DNA from: the human T2T-CHM13v2.0 reference genome, Homo sapiens
Assembly: GCF_009914755.1 (NCBI RefSeq)
Contig: NC_060926.1
DNA length: 64,000 bases
Strand: one strand, 5' to 3'
Shown: piece after piece, positions 1 through 17,041 of the stretch
How the letters are laid out: each line of letters starts with the position of its first letter
How positions within the stretch are numbered: position 1 is the stretch's first letter
Program-made: the position numbers and the translations under genes
The notes under the pieces: generated by a model
What the model saw: only the letters and a program-made list of their open reading frames with translations
The model's database searches: none
What the model was told of the DNA's origin: nothing

Positions 1-287
1 AGAACAAGGATCTCTGAGGAAGAAAAAAAAAAGATTGTGCTTTTAATTACTAGGCTTTATACAACATGAAAAGATGGCTCTGTCAGGGAATATAATGAGG
101 AAAACCAGAATGGTCTCTGCTCCTATGGAGTTTCTAGGCTAATGTTGGAGAGTGAGGGAAGTATGTAAACATTCAAATTATCACACTAATGAACTGAGAG
201 AAGTGCTCTGAAAGAGGAGAATGTAGTTCTTTGTGAAATCTGACAGATTTTTCTGTCTCTCTCTCTGTTAAGAAATGATAACAGCTA

Positions 288-810
<523 letters not shown>

Positions 811-994
811 TTATCCATTTTGCTTTAAAATCAGGGGAATGTGCTTTTTTTAAAAAAATTTGAAGACATTATAGTTATGTAGGTAGAAAATTTATGTCTG
901 TATTAATGACTTAACAGTGGAATTCCCAGTCAGGATATTGTGTTCTTGCCAATTTTCACTGACTCTTAAATTGTTCATATTTTAAAAACAGTTT

Positions 995-1657
<663 letters not shown>

Positions 1658-1806
1658 AAAAATAAAAAATAAAAACAAGGGAATTATGAAAAACAGTTGC
1701 CATGCTTTCAGCTACAATTCTTTACCTCCCTGATCTCTTGTTCTCTTACAGGGTATCTTTTTGAGTGATTATTTTGTTACAGAAATATTTAATTTGTCTG
1801 TTTCAG

Positions 1807-1949
1807 TGGACCCTTTTGAAACCATGCTGAAGTCATTATTAAGGTATCAATCTGGTGGTGGCAGTGTGAGTGAAAACCACATGAGGAAAAAATTGTATGA
1901 AAATGGTGTGACTGATTCTCTGAAGAGTAACTTTGCCCTCCTCCTAAAG
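1807..1949 (+). CDS. CYP20A1: CYP20A1 coding exon 4 (143 nt; xDPFETMLKSLLRYQSGGGSVSENHMRKKLYENGVTDSLKSNFALLLK)
   Basis: tttcag| acceptor and AAG|gtaagg donor. Peptide matches recalled human CYP20A1 residues ~97-144. Ends in phase 0, consistent with the next exon. Confidence 0.97.
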
Positions 1950-2178
1950 GTAAGGTGATAAGTAGTTTGGTCTAGTGTTCTACAACATAAATAATAGTAT
2001 TTAGTTTTTGAGTATTGGTGTGTACTATCTTTGTTACTCTTTTCTTTCCTGTCCCTCTAAGCTAATTTTATTCTGAAATTAAAAACGACAACAATAACAA
2101 AACACACACACACAAAAGAAAAGAAAACAAAAATCTTAACATCCAGACTCACTGTATAAGTTGGAATGATGAGAGTAG

Positions 2179-4161
<1,983 letters not shown>

Positions 4162-4721
4162 ACTTGAGGTCAGGAGTTCGAGACTGGCCTGCCTAATATG
4201 ATGAAACCCTATCTTTACTAAAAATACAAAAATTAGCTGCGTGTGGTAGCACATGCCTGTAGTCCTAGCTACTCGGGAGGCTGAGGCAGAAGCATCATGT
4301 GAACCAAGGAGGTGAAGGTTGCAGTGAGCCAAGATCATGCCACTCACTGCACTCCAGTCTGGGCGACAGAGCTAGACTCGTCTCAAAAAAAAAAAAAAAA
4401 TTGTTATCATTCCGGTGTTTTGTGTGCACAATAGAATTTTAATGTAATCAGATTATACTGCGTGGATAGTCTTTGTGTTTTTTATTTACCATTGTATTGT
4501 AAGCATTTTTATAGCACTTAGTATTCTTTGAAAATCACATTTGATCTGGGTGTAGTGGCTCACACCTGTAATCTCAGCACTTTGAGAGGCTGAGGTGGGT
4601 GGATCGTTTGAGGGCAGGAGTTCCAGACCAGCCTGGCCACCATGGTGAAAGTCCATCTCTACTAAAAATACAGAAAAATTAGCCGGGCGTGGTGGCACGT
4701 GTCTGTAGTCCCAGCTACTTA

Positions 4722-4859
<138 letters not shown>

Positions 4860-5019
4860 TCACATTTGAAAAGAATCTCTAATGTCAATTTTACCTTCTA
4901 AATGCCTTTCTAATTGATCTACTTCTCTCCCACCAGCATTGCCATCACCCTGGTTTAGATTTCCATGATCTTACCTGGATTGCTTATTTCTCTTTCCCCT
5001 TTCCTTCCCATGTATTTTC

Positions 5020-5475
5020 CCGTGCTTTGCAGTTGACAGATACCTCTTGGCAGTCTGATGAAACCTTCAACTCCTGAGAATAACATTTTTAAATGCATAG
5101 CTAAAGCAAACCAATATAGTTACAAAATATTAATACTTTTTAAAAAAACTATGATATTATATTTGCCTCTTTGTTAACGTATTAAATAGCAAGATCTAAT
5201 AATCCTTCCAGAAACTTCCATGATTTTAAAGTAGTGATGCAAGGGCCAAAATTATTATTATGAGATTTTTCCAGTATTTATAATCGGAACATATTTTGAG
5301 ATTTGTATTGGTTTAAAAAGTCAGAGCCTATACTCACAATTGAAGGAAATGCTAAGTTTCATTCAGAGGTTAGTTAAAAAGAAAGATTGTTTTTTCCCCT
5401 GATCCAAGTTCATGGACTGCACTGGATTCCATGAACAGACCCTTTGGTATCTGTGGACTCTAGTTTGAAAACCCC
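5020..5475. mobile_element. Probable hAT-Charlie DNA transposon relic (MER119-like)
   Basis: Resembles recalled consensus (ttggcagtctgatgaaacc...ttttaaatgcata). Not verified. Confidence 0.4.
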
Positions 5476-6086
5476 TTTGTTCTTGGGACAAACTCCAAAT
5501 TTTTAATGTAGTCTTCAGGACTTTTTATGATTTAGCCTGGCTACTTTTCCAGCCTGGTTTCCCACATTCTCATTTGGCTTATAGTCTAGCCATACTTGTT
5601 TTCTTTTAAGTCTTCAGATGTACCCTGTTCCCTCCTATCTCAGGGCCTGTCTATGCTATTCCCATTGCGTGGAATGCACCTCCAGTCATCCACACACCAA
5701 GCTAATGTGTGTTCATTTTTCAGCTCCTAGTTTAAATGTCACTTCCCCAGGGACGCTATCTCTGATCATCCCACATTGCTGGATAGGTCCCCTTTTATTT
5801 ATTTTGTTTTAATTTTTTAAGACAGAGTCTTGCTGTGTTGCCTAGGCTGTAGTGCAATGACCTGATCATAGCTCACTGTAGCCTCAAATTCCTGGGCCCA
5901 CGGGATCCTCCCACCCCAGCCTCCTGAGTAGCTGGGATTACAGGCATGTGCCACCATGCCTGGCTAGTTGTTTTTAAAATTTTTTGTAAAGACGTGTGTC
6001 TCATGTTTCCTAGGCTGGTCTTGAACTCGTGGCCTCAAGTGTTCCTCCCACCTTCATCTCGCAAAGTGCCGGGATTGCAAGCATGA

Positions 6087-6356
<270 letters not shown>

Positions 6357-7460
6357 TAATTTTTGTATTTTTAGTAGAGGCAGGGTTTCGCCATGTTAGT
6401 CAGTTTGGTCTCAAACTCCTAGCCTCAGGTGATCCGCCTGCCTCAGCCTCCCAAAGTGCTGGGATTACAGGCGTGAGCCACCGCACCCACCAGTAATTCT
6501 ATTTTTTGTAATCCTTTGAGTGTCTGTCTCCCTCACTTAAGTGTGTGCTCCGTGAAGGTAGGGACTATTTTATTTTGATTACTGCTGTATACTTGGCTCT
6601 TGTTATAGAGCAGGCCCTCAGTCAATATTTATTACATCAGTGAATGAATACTGATAACTTAATGTTCCTAAATTATTTGACTCCTCTCTTACTTCCATAG
6701 GTCTGTCTTTTTTCTCCTCTGAAACATTTTTCCCAGCCTTGCATGGCTAACTTCTACTCCAGCCTCCAGTTTAGTTAAATATGCTTCCCTCCATGTACCA
6801 TCTCTAAACTTCCATAACAACTGGATATATTTACATAAAATTAAGATTTTTTTTTGTTTTTTATTATTTTTTAAAATTTTCACATACAGTTGGGGTCTCA
6901 CCATGTCGCCCAGGCTGGTCTCAAACTCCTGGGCTCAAGCAGTCCACTCACTTTGGCCTCCCGTGATGAGACCCTGTCTCTACAAAAAAAAAAAGAGAAA
7001 AATTAGCTGAGCATGGTGGTGTATGCCTGTGGTCCCAGCTAATCGAGAGTCTATGAGGCGGGAGGATCGCTTGAGCCTGGGAGGCAGAGGTTGCAGTGAG
7101 CCAAGGTTGCGCCACTGCACTCTAGCCTAGGCGACTGTGAGACACTGTCTCAAAAAAAAAAAAAAAAATTCCATTTGGTCAGTTTGGGTTTATTTTCCTT
7201 TCCCTCTTCTATAACTTTGTTTATTCTTCCTAAAAATGTTCTGACTACACATTGTAAGCATTTTTGTATTTAAATATCTGGTAGTTCTCTTAAGAGTATG
7301 CCTTATTAAATTTAAAAATATCCATTAAAAAATTTTTTTTTTGCCGGTCTCAGTGGCTCACGCCTATAATCCCAGCACTTTGGGGGGCCGACGCAGGTGG
7401 ATCACAAGGTCAGGAGTTCAAGACCAGCCTGGCCAACAAAGTGAAACTCCGTCTCTACTA

Positions 7461-7649
<189 letters not shown>

Positions 7650-7773
7650 TTAGTAGGTGTATATATTTATGGGGTACATGAGGTATTTTGATACAGACAT
7701 ACAATGTGTAATAATCACATTAGGGTAAATCAGGTATCTTTTTTTATTTTTTTCAGTCAAGGTCTCGCACTGT

Positions 7774-7933
7774 TGCCTGGGCTCAAGTGCAGTGGCACAA
7801 TTATAGCTCACTGGAGCATCGAATGCCTGGGCTCAAGTGCAGTGGCACAATTATAGCTCACTGGAGCATCGAATGCCTGGGCTCAAGTGCAGTGGCACAA
7901 TTATAGCTCACTGGAGCATCGAATTCCTGGGCT
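7774..7933. repeat. 50-bp tandem repeat x3 inside an antisense AluJ
   Basis: tgcctgggctcaagtgcagtggcacaattatagctcactggagcatcgaa at 7774, 7824 and 7874, all identical, plus a partial fourth. Confidence 0.97.
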
Positions 7934-8173
7934 GAAGGGATCCTCCTGCCTCAGCCTCCTGAGTAACTAGGACCACAGGCACGTGCCACCCTGCCCAGCT
8001 AATTTTTGTATTTTTATGTAGAGATGCGGTCACACTATATTTCCTATGCTACTCTTAAAATCCTGGTCTCAAGTGATCCTCCTGCCTCGGGCTCCCGAAG
8101 CACTAGGATTACAGGTGTGAGCCACTGTGCCTCAGGCCTTTACAGTATCCACTTTTAAAAATTACATTTGGAA

Positions 8174-8340
8174 GCTGGGCATAGTGGCACATGCCTGTAT
8201 TCCCAACTACTCAGGAGGAAGGATCGCATCAGCCCAGGAGTTCAAGGGTATTGTGAGTGATAATTGTGCCTGTGAATAGCCCCTGCACTCCTGCCTGGGC
8301 AACATAGCAGGACCCTATGTTTAAAAAAAAAAAAAAAAAA
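8174..8340 (+). mobile_element. Monomeric Alu (FAM-like)
   Basis: Single monomer with the tgtgaatagc insertion typical of FAM, and an A tail. Confidence 0.65.
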
Positions 8341-9214
8341 CGGTTAGTAAATGTTGAATGCCATTTTTCCCATATGGAAGTTCTAGCTGAAACTCACACT
8401 TTCCATTTAAGACTTGAGACTGACTTTCTCAGTCCACTGTAAGCATTAATTAATACATTGGTTCTACTCTGCACACTTCTGCTTCTAAAAACAAACTGAA
8501 CAAGACCTTCCTTTGCCTGTGGTTGCTGCTGATTAGTTTCTATCTTTTCCAGCTTTCATCTGTAACTGATAGCCAGTATTCTCAGGGCTATCAGGAGGCT
8601 TGTGCACCCAAATTCCCATTCTCTCATTGTTACCATTCCTGTTTTGTATCTCAAGGTTCTGTATTGGTTGTACATACGTCGTGTTCTTTGAAGCTCTCAG
8701 GCTGCCTGCTTTTTGTTTGCCATAGCTGTTCCTGTTACCTCTCATTTTCCTCCCTGGAGGCAGTTATGTTGCCTCTATTTAAGCACTCACCAGTCAGAAT
8801 CTTCCTATTCTGCTTAAATACCCAACATTTGTCAGTAAGAAATAATTTTGTATTTAATTGTGTATCCCCAGGAATTTTGCCCATTTCTCTTTGCCTTGCT
8901 TTCAATCATGATAGAAGCACCTTTTTCTTTTCAATAATATTATTGTTAAAAGCCTTAATTATTTTGTCTTCTCTGCTTCAAACTAAGTAATTCTGACTTC
9001 CTTAATCTTTTATCACAGGCTCTGTTCTCCAAACTTTCAGTCTTTTCTGTTGTTCCATATTCCATTGTTTTCTCCTCCTACTCATTCAGAGGCAAATTAA
9101 GGTGGTTTTTTAAGTTTTGGTTTGTAGACTATGTCGTTATGTGAGAAATTTACTTTAGGTTTGTATTGTCAACCCCATAGCACAAGCCAGGTACTTAATT
9201 TAGGCATTAGTCAG

Positions 9215-9532
9215 TGATATAGTTTGAATATTTGTCCCTGCGCAAATCTCATGTTGAATTGTAATCCCCAGTGTTGGGGGTGGGGCTTGGTGGAAGGTGA
9301 TTGGATCATGGGAGTGGAGTCCTCATGGCTTGGTGCTATCCTCACGGTAGTGAATTCTTGTGAGATGTTGTTTAAAAGTGTGTGGCACCTTCCCCCCTCT
9401 CTCTTGCTCCTGCTTTTGCCATGTGACCTGCTACCTCCCCTTTGCCTTCTGCCATGATTATAAGCTTCCTGAGGCCTCATCAGAAGCCAGGTAGGCACCT
9501 GGCACCATGCGTTCTTTATAAATTACCCAGTC
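9215..9532 (+). mobile_element. MST-family MaLR solo LTR, 3' end disrupted
   Basis: tgatatagtttg...caaatctcatgttgaattgtaatcccc...tttataaattacccagtc. Confidence 0.8.
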
Positions 9533-9985
9533 GCAGCCGGGCACAGTGGCTTTTGCCTGTAATCCCAGCACTTTGGGAGGCCAAGGCGGGCAGATCACGA
9601 GGTCAGGAGTTCGAGACCAGCCTGGCCAATATGGTGAAACCCCATCTCTACAAAAAATACAAAAATTAGCCAGGCGTGGTGGCACATGCCTGTAGTCCCA
9701 GCTACTTGGGAGGCTGAGGCAGAAGAATCGCTTGAACCTGGCTAATTTTTGTATTTTTAGTAGAGACGGGGTTTCACCATGTTGGCCAAGCTGGTCTCGA
9801 ACTCCTGACCTCGTGATCTGCCCACCTCAGCCTCCCAAAGTGCTGGGATTACAGGCATATCTTTTTATTTTTTTTTGAGACAGAGTCTCACTCTGTCATC
9901 CAGGCTGGAGTGCAGTGGCACTATCTCAGCTCACTGCAACCTCCACCTCCCAAGTTCAAGTGATTCTTCAGCCTCAGCTTCCTGA

Positions 9986-10282
<297 letters not shown>

Positions 10283-10984
10283 TAGCTGGAAGTATAGGCG
10301 TGTGCCACGACGCCCGGCTAATTTTATATTTTTAGTAGAGACGGAGTTTCACCATGTTGGCCAGGCTGGTCTTGAACTCCTGACCTCAGGTGATCCATCC
10401 GCTTCGGCCTCCCAAAATGCTGGGATTACAGGCGTGAGCCACCGCGTCTGGCCTGTTTTTAATTTTTAGAGACAGGTTCTCGCTTTGTCACCCAGACTGG
10501 AGTGCAGTGGCACAGTCATACCTTAATACACCTTCCTGCACCTCGGCTCAAGTGATCCTCCAGCCTCAGCCTCCCAAGTAGCTAGGATTACAGGTGTGTG
10601 CCACCATGGCCAGCTAATTTTTAAATTTTGTTTTTGGTAGAGAGAGGGTCTCATTTTGTTGCCCACCCTGGCCTTGAACTCCTGACTTCAAGCCATCATC
10701 TGTCCTTGGCCTCCCAAAGACCTAGGATTACTAGCATGGGCTACCAAGCCCAGCTGGTATCTGAGATTAATGATAATTTATTTCCTTTTTTCCAACTTTA
10801 AGATTTTTAGTTTGTTTTCCTGCTTTATTGCCAAACATTCCATTATATATTTAATGTCTTTAAGATTCATAGTGCTTTCTCTCTCTCTCTTTTTTCTTAT
10901 TCTTTTTTTCTCTTTTTTCTTGATTAGTGTTTCCAGAGGTCTTTATCTGTATGGGTCCATTGGGAGAGAGAAGGCATATAATTA

Positions 10985-11176
<192 letters not shown>

Positions 11177-12174
11177 CTAAGGAGAACTCTAAAGAATATA
11201 GGAATACAGCTGGGCACAGTAACTTATGCTTATAATCCCAGCACTTGGAGAGGCTGAGGTGGGAGGATTGCTTGAGTTCAGAAGTTTAAGACCATCCTGG
11301 GCAAAATGGCAAGACCCTGTCTCTACAAAGAAAAATTTAAAAATATATATTAGCTGGGTATGGTAGTGCATGCCTATAGTTCCAGCTACTCAGGAGGCAA
11401 GGCAGGAGGATGGGAGGATCCCTTGAGCCCAGGAGCTACAGGATGCAGTGCTCAGTGATCACTCCAGCCTGGCCTGGAGTGCAGTGGCATGATCACTGCG
11501 CACTGCATCCTGTAGCTCCTGGGCTCCTTTGTCACCTAAAAAAAAAAAAAAAAAAAAAGGAATAGCAGATATATGGAACAGTCACAAACCCCAGAGCCAA
11601 GACAGAGGGCACTAAAAAGACTCCTCTTCCTCAGGACTCAGATTCAGGCTTCTTGGAGGAGCCACAGCTGCTGTGAATGGCAGAGGGGTTGCTATGGTGC
11701 CATATTAGCAAAACTTGTTGCAAATCTGCCCTTTGGACCTGGTTGGAAATTTGTCCTCTAGTATGCTGTCCTCTAGGGTGGTGGGGAAAGCTGTTCGTGG
11801 AGAGGTGTCTCACCTGAGGCACAACTGTTTTCGGGGAGTTGGCAGGGCAAGCTGCTGGCCACTCCATGCTGCAGGAGGTGCTGCAGGGTTGGAGGACATC
11901 TCTTACAAAAGCATCCAAGGGGAGGGCTGATGGGGGAAGCTGCTGACTGCTTTCCAGTGCACTGCAGGACCCTGACACTGGAAAGCTTCAGACATCACAG
12001 TGGCCTGCTCTGTGACAAGCAGGGGAACAAAGAAGCAAAACTCTTCTTACAAATGCCTTTCTAGCACCTTATACTGAGAAAGCTTAACATCATGCCAGGT
12101 GGCAAAGGAAAAATATGTAAAGGACCCAAGTCGATTTTTATATTATTTTATTTTATTATTTATTTTTAAATTAG

Positions 12175-12321
<147 letters not shown>

Positions 12322-12643
12322 TGAATTTATAGGTCGGGGCAATACATTTGTAACTGATATAGTGTCTTCGAATTTTGTTAAATTTTTTTACATGAACCAA
12401 CTTTTTTTTCTATATATTTGTTTTCTAATTTTGTTTATGCTCTTATGTTTATTTCCTTCCTTCTGCTTTCATTGGTTAACTTGCTATTCTTTTTCTAGTT
12501 TCTTGAGATGATTGCTTAGATCGTTAATAAACAGTGCTTTCCCTCCCAATATATGAATTTAAGTCTATACATTTCCCTCTATATTTCTGTCATATACAAG
12601 TTTTTGTTGTTGTTGTTGTTGTTTGTTTTTTGTTTTTTTTTGA

Positions 12644-12745
<102 letters not shown>

Positions 12746-12850
12746 TGAGTAGCTGGGACTACAGGTGCCTGCCACCACGCCCTGCTATTTTTAGTAGAGA
12801 TGGGGTTTCACCATGTTAGCCAGGATGGTCTCAATCTCCTGACCTCGTGA

Positions 12851-13159
<309 letters not shown>

Positions 13160-13245
13160 TGATCAGCCCACCTCGGCCTCCCAAAGTGCTGGGATTACAG
13201 GCGTGAGCCACTGCGCCTGGCTTTTTTTTTTTTTTTAAATTTTAG

Positions 13246-13458
<213 letters not shown>

Positions 13459-14585
13459 TGATCTGCCCGCCTCGGCCCCCCAAAATGCTGGAATTACCGG
13501 CGTGAGCCACCGCTCCCGGCCCGTATGCAAGTTTTGATGTGCTATATTTCCATTATCATTTAGTTCAAAATAGTTTCTAATTTCCATTGTGCTTTCTTCT
13601 TTAGCTTAAGGGTTATCTACAAGTATAGTGCTTAAATTCCAGAAAGGTAGAATTTTTCTAGTTATCTGTTTTGTATTGATTTCTAGCTTAATTGCACTAA
13701 TGGCAGAGAACCAATGATTTCAATCCTTTGAAATGTCTTTGAGACTTGCTCTGTGTCCCTGCATATGGTTGTTTTTGGTAAATAAAATGGTGTGCTCTGT
13801 TACTGTTGTTGATCTTTTTTATACGCTTGTTCTTTTTAGCTGCTGAGAGGAGTTTTCTTCCTCTGTAATTGTGGATTTGTGTATTTTTTATTTTAGCTCT
13901 GTTGAGCTCTGTCAGGTTTTTGTGTGGGGGGCGTGGGTGTTTTGTTTTTGTTTTAGAGACATTTCTTGCTCTGTCACCCAGGCTGGAATGCAGTGGTGTG
14001 ATCATGGCTCAGTGCAGCCTTGAACACCTGGACTCAAGCGATCCTCCCAAGTAGCTGGTACAGGTGTGCACCCCATGCCTAGCTAACTTTTAATTTTTTT
14101 TGTAGAGTTGAGGTATCACTATGTTGCCCAGGTTTGTCTCAAACTCCTGGCCTCAAACAGTCCTCCCACTTTAGCCTCCTAAAGCTCTGGGATTACAGGC
14201 ATGAGCCACCGTGTCTAGCCTCTGTCAGTTTTTGGTTTATATGTTTGGAAGTTAGGACATTGAATGTTTTCCAACTTAGTCTTATTATATATTCTTGGTA
14301 CTGACTACTTTGTCGTTATGAAATATCCCTCTTTATCTCTAGTAATATTTCTTGCCTTAAAGTTTATTTTTCCTGATATTAACTCCACTAGCTTTCTTTC
14401 AGTTAGTGTTTAATGTTTTATTGTTTTTCATTATTTTACTTTCAACCTCTCTGTCATCATAATTGGAGGATTTCTCCTGGGACTAGTATATAGTTGTATT
14501 TTTTTAATCCAGCCTATTTTAGTCTTTTAATTGAAATATTCTGTTCATTTATAGCTAATGAAATTTCTGATGCACATGGGTTTAA

Positions 14586-14867
<282 letters not shown>

Positions 14868-15060
14868 TAGCCAGGATGGTCTTGATCTCCTGACCTTGTG
14901 ATCTGCCCACCTCGGCCTCCCAAAGTGCTGAGATTACAGGCGTGAGCCACTGCGCCTGACCTCTTTCATGCCTTCTTTAGAAATAATAAAATATTTTTGA
15001 GTATTCCATTTTCTCTGTTAGCTTATTAGTTACATATTTTAACTATTTTAATATTTGTTT

Positions 15061-15276
15061 AGAGTAGGACTTTTCACTTTTGGCAGTATTCAAACTTAGG
15101 CCTGTGATTATTTATTGTAGAGGGCTATCCTGTGCATGGTAGGATATTTAGTAGCATCTGTGGCTTTTACCTCTAGATGCCAGTAGCACCTTACCCCAGT
15201 TGTGACAATCAAAAAATGTTTCCAAACATTTCTGAATGTCCTTTGGAGACAAAATCACCCTGGTTGAGAACCGCTG
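15061..15276. mobile_element. MER20 (hAT-Charlie)
   Basis: Characteristic ctagatgccagtagcac...ccagttgtgacaatcaaaaaatg...ggttgagaaccgctg end. Confidence 0.75.
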
Positions 15277-15596
15277 CCCTAGAGATTACAATAGGCATTC
15301 TTGGCTTATTATAATCTAATGTCAGTGATAACTTTTACCAATTACTCAACAATGCCAGGGTCTTACTAACTCCATATTCTCTCTCCCACCTTTATACTTT
15401 GATTTTGTACACTAATTATTCATTTGTCATGCACCCACATTCTGTTATTCATTTTCTGTGTCTTTCTTTCAGAGCTCTTTACTTTCTGTGTGTATCTATG
15501 TCTTAAATTTTCCTTCTACCTTTATTTTATATAAAGATAAGGGATTTTGATTCTATCGTAAATCCAGGATGATCTCATTACAGATCCTTAATTTAA

Positions 15597-15935
<339 letters not shown>

Positions 15936-16446
15936 TAATCTTTTTACTAGACTCTGTTTTTATTCCATAGGTATTTAATAAATATTTGGTGAAGGAAGGA
16001 ATGACAAAGAGACTCTGAGAGGTTTCTGTCACTGAAGTATGTTTAGGACTTTTATATATATTCATATGTTTATTGATTATTATGTCACAGGCATTCTGTG
16101 GCAGACTTTTCATTATTTTTAATTAGATACCAAGAGTATGGTCTTTTAATTTCCATTGGGTTTAAGTTTTTTCTATCTTTGAGTTTTTAATTTATATTTT
16201 CTGTTTTTATTGTCGTGATAGTGGTTCTGTTTTGTTTTACATATCAGCCCTTTGCCAGAAGTTGAACCTGAACCATTGAGGATGCAATTATAGGTGGAGC
16301 TAGTGTTAGTCTGACAGATTCGTACCTGAATGTTGACTTTGGTTACAGAGTTTAACTGTTTGCCATTAAATGAATCTACTTAGTAACATTTTCTGAGATT
16401 TAGAAAGAAGAAACAGTAATCATTGTGCTTTTCTGTTCTCTTTCAG

Positions 16447-16614
16447 CTTTCAGAAGAATTATTAGATAAATGGCTCTCCTACCCAGAGACCCAGCACGTG
16501 CCCCTCAGCCAGCATATGCTTGGTTTTGCTATGAAGTCTGTTACACAGATGGTAATGGGTAGTACATTTGAAGATGATCAGGAAGTCATTCGCTTCCAGA
16601 AGAATCATGGCACA
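16447..16614 (+). CDS. CYP20A1: CYP20A1 exon 5 (168 nt; LSEELLDKWLSYPETQHVPLSQHMLGFAMKSVTQMVMGSTFEDDQEVIRFQKNHGT)
   Basis: Long pyrimidine tract + cag acceptor, ACA|gtaagt donor, in frame with exon 4. Confidence 0.97.
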
Positions 16615-16807
16615 GTAAGTCTGGGGCTAAATTTAAAATTACTCTTTCAGGCTGGGCACGGCAGCTCACACCTGTAATCCCAGCACTTTGGGAGGCTGCA
16701 GTCAGGAGTTAAAGACCAGCCTGCCCCACATGGTAAAAACGTGTCTCTACTAAAAATACAAAAATCAGCTGGGTGTGGTGGTGGGTGCCTGTAATCCCAG
16801 CTACTCA

Positions 16808-17041
<234 letters not shown>

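Noticed and set aside
7774-7933. CRISPR-like regular repeat
   Set aside because: No spacers, Alu-derived, eukaryotic context and no cas genes.
8174-8340. Possible 7SL RNA pseudogene
   Set aside because: Lacks the S domain and fits a FAM-type Alu monomer. No tRNA, snRNA or rRNA gene was recognised in the window.
8523-8990. 155-aa ORF in non-Alu intron sequence
   Set aside because: TTG start, low-complexity F/L/S/C composition from T-rich DNA and no recognisable domain.
11573-11978. Overlapping short ORFs in a GC-richer intron patch
   Set aside because: No domain or coherent splice frame. Probably an old LTR-type relic that I cannot name confidently.
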